DNA of 64,000 nt from Bacillota bacterium (lineage in GTDB: Bacteria; Bacillota; Bacilli; Bacillales_A; Planococcaceae), in NCBI GenBank assembly GCA_051750505.1, contig JBNJJS010000003.1:238715-302714 (forward strand). The letters are read 5' to 3'. Positions 41,745 through 50,636 of the stretch are shown in pieces. Made by a program: the position numbers and the translations under genes. Numbering within the stretch: the stretch's first letter is position 1; every line of letters starts with the position of its first letter. The notes beneath the pieces are model-generated. The model was not told the DNA's origin and searched no databases. It worked only from the letters and a program-made list of their open reading frames with translations.

Positions 41745-42398
41745 TCAGTGTACTTTGACGCTATCGGTATTCAACTCGGCATCGGTTGCAGCGACGACGT
41801 CGTCGACCGAGAAGCCTTCGAACACTTCTTTCAACACGAGGCCGGATTCCGTCACTTCGATCACCGCGCGTTCTGTGATGATCAAATTGACGACCGCTTT
41901 CCCCGTAAGCGGCAATTCGCACGCTTTCTTGATTTTTGCTGAACCGTCTTTAGATACATGGTCCATGATGACGATAACTTTCTTCGCGCCGTGGACTAGA
42001 TCCATCGCGCCGCCCATGCCTTTGATCATTTTTCCTGGAATCATCCAGTTGGCCAGGTCGCCGTTTTCTGCGACTTCCATACCGCCAAGGATCGCGACAT
42101 CGATATGCCCGCCGCGGATCATCGCGAATGACTCAGCACTGGTGAAAAATGCGGAGCCTGGGATCGTCGTGACGGTTTCTTTTCCGGCATTGATCAAATC
42201 AGGATCGACTTGGTCTTCTGTCGGATACGGCCCGATGCCGAGCAATCCGTTTTCGGACTGCAAGACAACTTGCTTATTATCGGAAATGAAGTTCGCGACC
42301 AAAGTCGGCATGCCGATGCCCAGGTTGACGTAGTCTCCATCGTTGATTTCTTTTTCCGCTCGTTTTGCGATTCGTTCTCTGATAGCCTGTTTGTCCAC
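41745..42398 (-). CDS. scoB: 3-oxoacid CoA-transferase subunit B
   Basis: [15 protein letters not shown] (catalytic Glu), GMGGAMDL; start may be 42410. Confidence 0.92.
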   Translation of the reverse strand: MDKQAIRERIAKRAEKEINDGDYVNLGIGMPTLVANFISDNKQVVLQSENGLLGIGPYPTEDQVDPDLINAGKETVTTIPGSAFFTSAESFAMIRGGHIDVAILGGMEVAENGDLANWMIPGKMIKGMGGAMDLVHGAKKVIVIMDHVSKDGSAKIKKACELPLTGKAVVNLIITERAVIEVTESGLVLKEVFEGFSVDDVVAATDAELNTDSVKVH

Positions 42399-42416
42399 TT
42401 CTGTCCCCACCCTTTC

Positions 42417-43103
42417 TTAACGCGTCGTCAAACGCTCGATTCGTTTTTCTTGGTCTGCTTGCAGCAAGCCTTGTACGTAAATGCTCGGCGTTTGCACGTG
42501 GTTCGGGTCGATATCGCCGATTTCCACTACATGCTCGACTTCAGCAATTGTTACTTTCCCTGCAGCTGCAGCTAGCGGGTTGAAGTTCTGTGCAGTCTTG
42601 TTGTAGACAAGATTGCCCATTTTATCTGCAGTATGTGCACGGACCAGTGAGAAATCTGCTTTCAACGCCATTTCAAGCACGTGTTCCTTGCCATCGAATT
42701 CACGGATTTCCTTGCCTTCTGCGACAGTTGTGCCGACGCCTGCCGGTGTAAAGAATGCCGGGATTCCGGCTCCGCCTGCGCGCATCTTTTCAGCGAGCGT
42801 ACCTTGAGGCGTCAACTCGACTTCGATTTCGCCGGACAATACTTGGCGTTCAAATTCTTTATTTTCGCCGACATACGAGCCGATCATTTTCTTGATTTGC
42901 TTGTTTTTCAGCAATAAGCCAAGGCCCCATTCATCGACCCCACAGTTATTGGAAATAATCGTTAAATCTTTTACCCCTTTATCGACAAGCGCCAGGATCA
43001 GCTGTTCTGGAATGCCGACCAGCCCGAATCCTCCAACCATGATGGTGGCACCGTCTTGTATCGGTTCGACTGCCTCTTTGGCAGAATTGTAAATCGGTTT
43101 CAT
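42417..43103 (-). CDS. scoA: 3-oxoacid CoA-transferase subunit A
   Basis: GGFGLVGIP, SYVGEN, PQGTLAE, NFNP. Confidence 0.93.
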   Translation of the reverse strand: MKPIYNSAKEAVEPIQDGATIMVGGFGLVGIPEQLILALVDKGVKDLTIISNNCGVDEWGLGLLLKNKQIKKMIGSYVGENKEFERQVLSGEIEVELTPQGTLAEKMRAGGAGIPAFFTPAGVGTTVAEGKEIREFDGKEHVLEMALKADFSLVRAHTADKMGNLVYNKTAQNFNPLAAAAGKVTIAEVEHVVEIGDIDPNHVQTPSIYVQGLLQADQEKRIERLTTR

Positions 43104-43146
43104 CGTGAGTTTGCCCCCTCTGCAACATTAACTGAATTTTGATTCA

Positions 43147-43160
43147 ATAAAACGCTTCCA
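43147..43160 (-). promoter_or_regulatory. cre-like site upstream of scoAB
   Basis: TGGAAGCGTTTTAT; left arm and core match, terminal CA missing. Confidence 0.5.
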
Positions 43161-43280
43161 TTAACAATTTAACCAAAACTCCATGGGAAACGCAACAAGG
43201 ACAATGGGCGCACGATTTGCTTTGGCGGCTTTTCGGCCGACAGCTGCGTGTTATAATGACAGCTAAGGAGTGGTTTTACT

Positions 43281-44234
43281 ATGAACAATGAATTCCCCTT
43301 CCCAAGTGACGGGAAGCGTTATTATACATGGAATCGCCATTTGCGCGGGCAGTTCGGCGAAAAGATCATGAAAATCTCGCTTGATGCCGGATTTGACTGC
43401 CCGAATCGCGACGGCACGGTCGCTTTCGGCGGCTGCACGTTTTGCTCGGTCGCCGGATCCGGTGATTTTGCCGGAGACCGGGTCGACCCGATCCCTGTGC
43501 AATTCGAGCAGGTGAAAGCGAAAATGCACCGCAAATGGAAAGACGCCAAATACATCGCCTATTTTCAAGCCTATACGAATACCCATGCGCCGATTGACGT
43601 CATCAAAAGACAATTTGAAGCGGCACTCGCACAGGAAAATGTCGTCGGCATCAGCATCGGCACACGGCCCGACTGTTTGCCCGATGAAGTCGTTGAATAC
43701 CTGGCCGAACTCAACGAACGCACTTATTTATGGGTGGAACTCGGCCTGCAGACCGTCCATGAGCGTACCGCGCAGCTTATCAACCGCGCGCATGATTTTG
43801 ACACTTACAAACAAGGCGTCGACAAACTGCGCGCACACGGCATCAATATTTGCAGCCACATCATCAACGGCTTGCCTCTTGAAGACAAGGACATGATGAT
43901 GGAAACGGCACAGACTGTCGCAAAACTCGACGTCCAAGGAATCAAGATCCACCTGCTGCATCTGCTCCACGGCACACCGATGGTCAAACAATACGAAAAA
44001 GGCATGCTCGAATTCATGGAAAAAGATGCCTATATCCAACTCGTCGCCGACCAGCTGGAAATCATCCCGCCTGATATGGTCGTCCAGCGCATCACTGGCG
44101 ATGGCCCGATCGATTTGATGATCGGCCCGATGTGGAGCACGAATAAATGGGAAGTGCTGAACGGCATCGATAAAGAACTCGAGGCGCGCGGCAGCTGGCA
44201 AGGCAAGCATTATGTGGGGAGTGTGGCATTATGA
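43281..44234 (+). CDS. ytqA: TIGR01212-type radical SAM protein YtqA (tRNA mnm5s2U pathway)
   Basis: CPNRDG...GGCTFC cluster motif, GTRPDC, ELGLQT; paired with ytqB. Confidence 0.92.
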   Translation: MNNEFPFPSDGKRYYTWNRHLRGQFGEKIMKISLDAGFDCPNRDGTVAFGGCTFCSVAGSGDFAGDRVDPIPVQFEQVKAKMHRKWKDAKYIAYFQAYTNTHAPIDVIKRQFEAALAQENVVGISIGTRPDCLPDEVVEYLAELNERTYLWVELGLQTVHERTAQLINRAHDFDTYKQGVDKLRAHGINICSHIINGLPLEDKDMMMETAQTVAKLDVQGIKIHLLHLLHGTPMVKQYEKGMLEFMEKDAYIQLVADQLEIIPPDMVVQRITGDGPIDLMIGPMWSTNKWEVLNGIDKELEARGSWQGKHYVGSVAL

Positions 44235-44800
44235 CTTTGCAGCGCGTCTTGCCTTTCACCAAATCTTTGCTTGAACAAATCGTCCGCGAAGGCGATACCG
44301 TTGTAGATGCCACTGCCGGAAACGGGCATGATACCCTTTTCCTGGCTGGGCTTACCGGTGCCTCCGGAAAAGTTTACGCATTCGATATCCAACAACAAGC
44401 CATCGAAGCGACCAGACAGCGCACAGAAGCGTTTCGTCATGTCGAATTGATTTGCGACAGCCACACGAAAATCGCACAATACGTTAGGGACCCGATTGTA
44501 GCCGCCGTTTTCAATCTCGGCTATTTGCCAAAAGGCGATCACGCCATCATCACCAAAGCGGACAGCACCTTGCAGGCAATCGGTCAATGTCTCGAGCGCT
44601 TAAAGACAGGCGGCTTGGTGTTAGTCGTCATTTATTCTGGCCACGATGGCGGCAGCGAAGAACGCGACGCGGTGATGGATTACGTCAAACAATTGCCGCA
44701 AACCCGCTACGACGTCATGAAATATGAATTCATCAACCAACAGCATTCTCCGCCATTTTTAGTCGCGATCGAGAAAAAACAACAGCGTCAAAAGAAATAA
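44231..44800 (+). CDS. ytqB: SAM-dependent methyltransferase YtqB/MnmM
   Basis: DATAGNGHDT, FNLGYLPKGD, IYSGHDGG; ATGA overlap with ytqA. Confidence 0.92.
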   Translation: MTLQRVLPFTKSLLEQIVREGDTVVDATAGNGHDTLFLAGLTGASGKVYAFDIQQQAIEATRQRTEAFRHVELICDSHTKIAQYVRDPIVAAVFNLGYLPKGDHAIITKADSTLQAIGQCLERLKTGGLVLVVIYSGHDGGSEERDAVMDYVKQLPQTRYDVMKYEFINQQHSPPFLVAIEKKQQRQKK

Positions 44801-44842
44801 CAGCTAAATTTAAAAAGGGCTATGCCATAAGTTTCTAAAACG

Positions 44843-44883
44843 AAATAACCGGAGAAAAAGAGATTCTTTTTCTCCGGTTATTT
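44843..44883. terminator. 19-bp inverted repeat terminator after ytqB
   Basis: AAATAACCGGAGAAAAAGA-gat-TCTTTTTCTCCGGTTATTT. Confidence 0.8.
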
Positions 44884-44925
44884 TAATTGTGAACTAACTT
44901 CTTTAAACTTTTAGGATTCACAACA

Positions 44926-45050
44926 GCAGATGGGAATGGAGACGGTGACTCCTGCGGGAACAGCACGAGCTGAAGACCCTGGACTGAGCGCAGCGAGGGA
45001 AGCGGCTGAAGCCGTGCCCGCGGAAAGCGTCCGTCGTAATGGACATCTGC
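44926..45050 (+). repeat. Structured dispersed element, family 1 copy B
   Basis: GACTCCTGCGGG...GAAGAC...GGCT...CCCGCGGAAAGC closed by GACGG/CCGTC, two GNA/GNA loops and GCAGATG/CATCTGC. Confidence 0.82.
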
Positions 45051-45124
45051 CATCTCTTTTGGATGCAAAAAAAGGGCTGCCCAAAAAGCGCATGTTTCAT
45101 GCACCTTAGAGACAGCACCTTTTT

Positions 45125-46159
45125 CTATTTCTCGACAGGACCTTCGAGAACAATTTTCCCGATCGTCTTGCCTGACATCAATTTTCCGTAGGCTTCTTTC
45201 AAGTTTTCCGGATTGACCGGCGCCATCGTCTCATTGAGCGTCGACTGGACCTTGCCGCTGTCTGCCCACTCTGACAGTTCATTCAATAAATGATGCTGCT
45301 CGATCATGTCTTCTGTCTGGAACATCGAGCGCGTATACATCAACTCGTAAACAAAGGTCACGCTTTTTCCGAACAATGCCGGAGCAAGCGGTTCAAACGC
45401 CGGCAGGATCGAGCAGATTTTTCCTTGCGGCCGGATTGCTTCGGCCATGCCTTCCATATGGTCATCGGTATTGGTCAGGCAGAAGATATAGTCCACGCCG
45501 TCAATATCCAGTTCCTTCAATTGAGGCAGCAAGTCCTGGTGATGGTTAATCGTGTGGTGGGCGCCGTGATTTTTGGCCCACTCGACCGTTTCCTGACGCG
45601 ACGCTGTTCCGATTACGGTGAGCCCTGCTAATTTGGCGATCTGCGTGGCGATTGATCCGACACCGCCTGCAGCGCCGATAATCAGGATGTTCTTGCCTTC
45701 ATTGTCCTGCGGGTTTTTCGATATGCCCAAGCGGACAAACAGGGCTTCCATTGCGGTCAATCCCGTCAATGGCAAGGCGGCTGCATGCGCAAAATCCAAG
45801 TTTTTCGGTTTGTGGCCGACGATGCGCTCATCAACCAAATGAAATTCGCTATGGCCGCCTGCACGGACATTGGTGCCGGCATAAAATACTTCATCGCCTT
45901 TTTTAAACAAGGAACAATCGCTTCCGACTGAGACCACAACACCCGCGACATCACGGCCGACGATCGTCAAGGAATCGTCGTCCGGTTTTTTCGAATCACG
46001 CGTTTTGTAATCGGTCGGATTCACCGATACCGCCTTTACCTCCACGAGCAAATCGTGTCCTTTTGGCTCAGGCTTGTCCAATTCCACCGCTTCGAACTGA
46101 GGCGGTTGTTCCGTATTTCCGGGTTTATAAAATCCAAGTGCTATCATTTTCGAAGTCAA
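45125..46159 (-). CDS. MDR-superfamily quinone-reductase-like oxidoreductase (zinc-binding ADH family)
   Basis: VSVNPTD, GRDVAGVV, IIGAAGGVGS; catalytic Zn cysteines absent; TTG start likely. Confidence 0.88.
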   Translation of the reverse strand: MTSKMIALGFYKPGNTEQPPQFEAVELDKPEPKGHDLLVEVKAVSVNPTDYKTRDSKKPDDDSLTIVGRDVAGVVVSVGSDCSLFKKGDEVFYAGTNVRAGGHSEFHLVDERIVGHKPKNLDFAHAAALPLTGLTAMEALFVRLGISKNPQDNEGKNILIIGAAGGVGSIATQIAKLAGLTVIGTASRQETVEWAKNHGAHHTINHHQDLLPQLKELDIDGVDYIFCLTNTDDHMEGMAEAIRPQGKICSILPAFEPLAPALFGKSVTFVYELMYTRSMFQTEDMIEQHHLLNELSEWADSGKVQSTLNETMAPVNPENLKEAYGKLMSGKTIGKIVLEGPVEK

Positions 46160-46207
46160 TCCATTTCGCCTTCCTTTCATCTATTCATATGACTGTTGCA
46201 ATTTCTT

Positions 46208-47806
46208 CTATAATACAGCCGAGATGTCTTCCACGTATGCATCGATGACGACTGGCTGTTTGCTTGCTTTCGCTTTTGATAAAACGTCCTGCAATTCGGC
46301 ACGTGTTTTTACTGTGTAGCCTTCACCGCCGCAAGCAATGGCAAACGCCGCAAAGTCGATATTGGCAAGCTCGACATTGGTCGGCTTATTGCCTGCCATT
46401 TTTTGTTCGTCTTCAATCAATTGAAGCTTCTGGTTGTTGAAGACGACGATGATCATCGGCAGTTCATATTTAACTGCAGTGACAAAATCCTGCATGCCCA
46501 TGGAAAATCCGCCGTCCCCGACGATAGCGATGGCCTGTCTTTCCGGATATGCCAGTTTCGCTGCAATGGCTCCCGGCAAACCGCAGCCCATCGTGCCGAG
46601 CCAGGACGACAAGACCAGCTTGTGTCCGGTCAGCTGCAAGTATTTCGCTGTCCAGATGGTGATGCTCCCGACATCGAGTGAAACGACAGCGTCTCGCTCC
46701 ATGATGTGCTGGATTTCACCCAGCACTTGCTGGGGTTGAAGCATGTCGGTTTGCTTATCGATATCAGCACGCAGCTTGTCATGCCAAGCACTTCTTTTCT
46801 CCTGAAATTGATTCAAGAACCCGGGATCTTTTTCGCCGAGCTGGCTTGTCAACCAGGCAAGCGCTGGCCCGAGTTCCCCAACTACACCTACCGTCGCCGG
46901 ATAATATTTTCCGATCACGCGCGGTTCGAGATCAATTTGGATGGCAGGCGCTTTGTCCGGCAAATACTCCCTGTACGGGTAGGCTGTGCCGGCCAGGATG
47001 ACCAAGTCGGCTTGTTTCATCGCCTGCTCAGCCGGTTCCGTCCCGAGCTGGCCGAGCTGCCCCAGGTTATTCGGGTGATCATCAGGAATCAATCCTTTGG
47101 CCGGAAGCGATGCAATGATTGGCGCTTTCAGCTTTTCCGAGAATGCCAATACTTCGCCAGATGCGTCCTGTGCGCCTTTACCTGCCAAGATGACTGGTTT
47201 TTTCGCAGTCTCCAATAGCTTCAGCGCTTCCTTCAAATCTTCTTCCGCCGCCCGGATATGCGGCACGGAATACTCCGGCGAGGTCATCTCCTTCTCCCGT
47301 TTGATTTTCGTGCTGAATAGATCGTCCGACACAACGAGCACCGCCGGGCCTTTTTCTGCATAAGCTGCGCGCACCGCCTGATTCAGCATATCCGGCAATT
47401 GCTCGGCATTTTGCACGCGGCGGTTATAAACCGAAACGTCTTCGAACATCGATTCCAATTTCAATTCTTGGAAGGTATCGGTCCCGACAGAACTGCTTGT
47501 CACTTGCCCGACAATCGCGAGCATCGGTGTTTTGTCTTTCTTCGCATCATACAAACCGTTTTGCAGATGGATTGCTCCAGGTCCTGCGATCGACAGGCAT
47601 ACACCGATGCGCCCGGTCAATTTCGAATAGGCCGAAGCAGCGAGCGCCCCTGTCTCTTCGTGGCGGATCTGGATAAAGCGAATGTCCACTTTGCGCAGTT
47701 CCTCCATCAATTCATTTATGGAATCTCCAGGCATTCCGTAAATATGGTCTACATTCCATTGCTTCAAAAGCTCGACTACATGACTCCCTGCTGTCCGGTC
47801 AAACAT
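46208..47806 (-). CDS. TPP-dependent pyruvate oxidase (PoxB/YdaP-like), C-terminally short
   Basis: GMPGDS, IRHEETGAL, GPGAIHLQNGLYDAK, GDGGF...FNN TPP motif. Confidence 0.87.
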   Translation of the reverse strand: MFDRTAGSHVVELLKQWNVDHIYGMPGDSINELMEELRKVDIRFIQIRHEETGALAASAYSKLTGRIGVCLSIAGPGAIHLQNGLYDAKKDKTPMLAIVGQVTSSSVGTDTFQELKLESMFEDVSVYNRRVQNAEQLPDMLNQAVRAAYAEKGPAVLVVSDDLFSTKIKREKEMTSPEYSVPHIRAAEEDLKEALKLLETAKKPVILAGKGAQDASGEVLAFSEKLKAPIIASLPAKGLIPDDHPNNLGQLGQLGTEPAEQAMKQADLVILAGTAYPYREYLPDKAPAIQIDLEPRVIGKYYPATVGVVGELGPALAWLTSQLGEKDPGFLNQFQEKRSAWHDKLRADIDKQTDMLQPQQVLGEIQHIMERDAVVSLDVGSITIWTAKYLQLTGHKLVLSSWLGTMGCGLPGAIAAKLAYPERQAIAIVGDGGFSMGMQDFVTAVKYELPMIIVVFNNQKLQLIEDEQKMAGNKPTNVELANIDFAAFAIACGGEGYTVKTRAELQDVLSKAKASKQPVVIDAYVEDISAVL

Positions 47807-47845
47807 ATACATTCCCTCTTTCTGCATTTATCGTGTTTCAACTCT

Positions 47846-47870
47846 TTATCCCTACAGCCGAGCTCTAAAC
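47846..47870 (-). promoter_or_regulatory. SigB-like promoter of the pyruvate oxidase / MDR pair
   Basis: GTTTAG-N12-GGGATA (or N13-GGATAA). Confidence 0.55.
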
Positions 47871-47923
47871 CTTTTTCGGCGAACATGCAAAAAAGCAGCA
47901 GGCTGTTTTACGGCCTGCTGCTC

Positions 47924-48937
47924 TTACATGGTTGTTCTTTTTGTCATTTCTTCTGCAATCAACCGGAATGTCGTCAATTTATCATTAAAATCATAGGCGA
48001 CGGAAACGATCATCACTTCATCGGCGCCGTATTCCTCGCCGAGCGCTTCCAATTGATCCACTACTTGCACAGGGTCGCCGACGACCATGCGCCGGCGGTT
48101 TTCCTCAACGAGCATCTTTTCGAATTTCGAGTATTCGTAAGCGACTGCCTGTTCCGGAGGCGGCGTACCGTCAGACGGCATGCCCTGTGCCCCCATCGCA
48201 AGCGACAGGTCCAGTGATGAAGCGATGTATTCCGCTCGCTTCTGTGTTTCCTGGCACACTGCGAAAATCGCAAAGCCGGTATACGGTTCATTGCCTTTAT
48301 GGGGAATGAAGTTCTTTCTGTAATTGTTCGCAAATCCCTGCCCGCCTTCGCCGTTGATGAAATGGGCGAACATATACGGCAAGCCTTTCTGGGACGCCAA
48401 TTGCGAGGAACCCTCCCCTGAGCCGAGCATCCAGATCGGCGGCGCTTGCGGTGGCACCGGGGTGGCGTTCATTCCATAATAATCATGACTTTCCGGAATG
48501 CTGTTTTCCAAATACATGCGCAGCTCATCCAGTTGTTCAGGAAAGCGCCCCGCATCCCGCAAGCGGCCATTCGATAAAGCGAATGATGCTCTCGGCATGC
48601 CGCCTGGCGCACGGCCCACTCCTGCATCAATGCGCCCGGGATAAAGGTTCTCCAATAAATTGAAGTTCTCGGCCACTTTAAACGCCGAATAATGCGGCAG
48701 CATGACACCCCCAGAACCTAAGCGGATCGATGAAGTCCTGGCGCCGATATGGCTAATCAGGATTTCCGGGGAAGAGCCCGCCAAAGTTTTGGCATCGTGA
48801 TGCTCCGATACCCAAAAGCGCGTATAGCCCCAAGCTTCTGCATACTGTGCTAACTGGACCGTATCGACAAGCGCTTGTCGGGGTGTCTGGCCTTGCGAGA
48901 TCGGGGATTGGTCTAATATGCTGAAACGAAGTGGCAT
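47924..48937 (-). CDS. LLM-class flavin-dependent oxidoreductase (luciferase-like)
   Basis: FWVSEHH, RLGSGGVMLPHY, GVGRAPG, WMLGS. Confidence 0.9.
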   Translation of the reverse strand: MPLRFSILDQSPISQGQTPRQALVDTVQLAQYAEAWGYTRFWVSEHHDAKTLAGSSPEILISHIGARTSSIRLGSGGVMLPHYSAFKVAENFNLLENLYPGRIDAGVGRAPGGMPRASFALSNGRLRDAGRFPEQLDELRMYLENSIPESHDYYGMNATPVPPQAPPIWMLGSGEGSSQLASQKGLPYMFAHFINGEGGQGFANNYRKNFIPHKGNEPYTGFAIFAVCQETQKRAEYIASSLDLSLAMGAQGMPSDGTPPPEQAVAYEYSKFEKMLVEENRRRMVVGDPVQVVDQLEALGEEYGADEVMIVSVAYDFNDKLTTFRLIAEEMTKRTTM

Positions 48938-48987
48938 CTTGATCTTTCCCTTCTATCATTTAATACATCTGCTAATATAATGGAATT

Positions 48988-49788
48988 TTATTGGCTGCGG
49001 CGTATTTTCTCGGATTCGGCTGCCGATTCGGCAAAGCACAGCGCTGCCTGGAAAATTTCTTCCCGTTCCGGTTCCTGCAGAAGATCGTGGTAGCAAAATG
49101 GCCATTCCTTAAAGTGGAATTCGTTTATGGCCTGCTTTGATAGCCAGTTGCGCCCAGCCGACGTTCGCGTAATCAAATCGCGCTGGCCTGCGTAGAGCAT
49201 TACCGGAATATCAGGAATCTGCGCTTGGGCTGCCCGCTCGATATAACCCTGTAACTCTTTCCACCAAGCGGGTGTACTTACCGACTGTAACGCCTCAGTT
49301 GCACCAGCCGATTCGTCCTGGAATTTCCGCCTAGTCAGATGGCGCAATTCGATGCTGTGGTCGATTTTCCCTTTCCCGGTAAGCTTGCTGATGCCGGATA
49401 ATGCGAAAGAAGGCTTACTCGGCAATTTTTGCAGCTCGAACCACGGGGAAGTAAGAATAACCGCGGATACAGGATAGCGGTTTTCACCAAGTGCATGGAT
49501 GGCAATTGCTGCCCCGAGACCATGTCCGGCAACTACAATCGGCAATTCATTCCCGGCTGCCAGACTCAGCAGTTCAGCGACTGTTTTATCATACTCGAAA
49601 AATTGTTCCCTGTGCACCGAATCATCTGTTGCTTGTGTCCCGTGCCCCGGTAAGTCGCCCATATAGACATGAAACCCGCTCCTGCGCCATTTCTCGATTT
49701 GCCATGCATAGCGCTTATGTTCTTCATATGCACTATGGATCAACACTATGACGCCTTTTGCATCGCCTTCCGCTTGCCATTTCCACAT
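48988..49788 (-). CDS. ytpA: YtpA-like alpha/beta hydrolase (lysophospholipase family), nucleophile Ser replaced by Gly
   Basis: DLPGHG, LTSPW, YHDLLQEPER; elbow reads GHGLG; divergent from ytoA as in B. subtilis. Confidence 0.82.
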   Translation of the reverse strand: MWKWQAEGDAKGVIVLIHSAYEEHKRYAWQIEKWRRSGFHVYMGDLPGHGTQATDDSVHREQFFEYDKTVAELLSLAAGNELPIVVAGHGLGAAIAIHALGENRYPVSAVILTSPWFELQKLPSKPSFALSGISKLTGKGKIDHSIELRHLTRRKFQDESAGATEALQSVSTPAWWKELQGYIERAAQAQIPDIPVMLYAGQRDLITRTSAGRNWLSKQAINEFHFKEWPFCYHDLLQEPEREEIFQAALCFAESAAESEKIRRSQ

Positions 49789-49888
49789 ACCCCGCGCCTC
49801 CTCTTTGCAGCTTGATCGATTGACCTTTTCCATTGTTTTGGTACGATTAGAACTAATTACATCTTATCAATGATAAAGGAGCTTTGCC

Positions 49889-50398
49889 ATGATCTATCCA
49901 TATAAAGACAAATCACCAAAGATTGACAAATCGGCATTCATTGCTGATTATGCGACCGTCACCGGTGACGTGACGATCGGCGAGAACTCCTCTGTATGGT
50001 TCAACACAGTCATCCGCGGCGACGTCGCACCGACGGTCATCGGGAAAAATACCAATATTCAAGATCTATCGATGCTCCATCAAAGTCCGGATAACCCGCT
50101 CATCCTGGAAGACGATGTCACGATTGGCCATCAAGTGACACTTCATAGCTGCACAGTCAGAAAAGGCGCTCTGATCGGCATGGGCTCGATCATTTTGGAT
50201 GGTGCTGAGATTGGTGAAGGAGCATTCATCGGCGCAGGAAGCCTCGTTGCACAAGGGAAAAAAATCCCACCGGGCACATTGGCATTCGGCCGTCCCGCAA
50301 AAGTGGTGCGTGAACTGAACGAGGCGGACAAAAAAGATATGGAACGCATCATCCGAGAGTACGCAGAAAAAGCCGCTTATTATAAATCACTTCAATAG
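49889..50398 (+). CDS. ytoA: Gamma-carbonic-anhydrase-family hexapeptide-repeat protein YtoA
   Basis: IRGDV, NIQD..MLH, IGHQVTLHSC. Confidence 0.92.
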   Translation: MIYPYKDKSPKIDKSAFIADYATVTGDVTIGENSSVWFNTVIRGDVAPTVIGKNTNIQDLSMLHQSPDNPLILEDDVTIGHQVTLHSCTVRKGALIGMGSIILDGAEIGEGAFIGAGSLVAQGKKIPPGTLAFGRPAKVVRELNEADKKDMERIIREYAEKAAYYKSLQ

Positions 50399-50447
50399 AA
50401 AAAGGTTATGACGCCTTTTTCACAATAAAAAACAGTGAGTAGTCCCA

Positions 50448-50575
50448 GTATTTGGAGAAGCGTTCGCTCGACTCCTGTGGATCAGCGAGGCGACCGAGAC
50501 CCCGCAAGGCGCATAGCGACTGAGGAGGCTTGGGCGCGAGCCCACGGAAAGCGAGCGATAAGCTTCGGAAGATAC
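50448..50575 (+). repeat. Structured dispersed element, family 1 copy C
   Basis: GACTCCTGTGG...GAGAC...GGCT...CCACGGAAAGC closed by TCGCTC/GAGCGA, GAAGC/GCTTC and a GGA/GGA loop. Confidence 0.82.
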
Positions 50576-50601
50576 GACTTAGTATCTTTTTCGATAAACT
50601 A

Positions 50602-50635
50602 GAAAAAGCAGGCGGAAAATATCCGCCTGCTTTTT
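50602..50635. terminator. Bidirectional terminator downstream of metK
   Basis: AAAAAGCAGGCGGA/TCCGCCTGCTTTTT. Confidence 0.83.
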
Positions 50636-50636
50636 A

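Noticed and set aside
44926-45050. Family-1 element as a known ribozyme, riboswitch, group II intron fragment or tRNA
   Set aside because: No hammerhead CUGANGA/GAAA core, no group II domain V, no cloverleaf/CCA, and it lies downstream rather than upstream of genes. This was judged by eye only; an Rfam scan is still needed.
45067-45125. GGGCTGCCCAAAAAG...TTAGAGACAGCACC imperfect inverted repeat
   Set aside because: Most simply the degenerate terminator of the MDR gene; only one copy seen.
47399-48217. 272-aa + strand ORF
   Set aside because: Antisense to two well-supported genes and crosses their terminator; no recognisable motifs.
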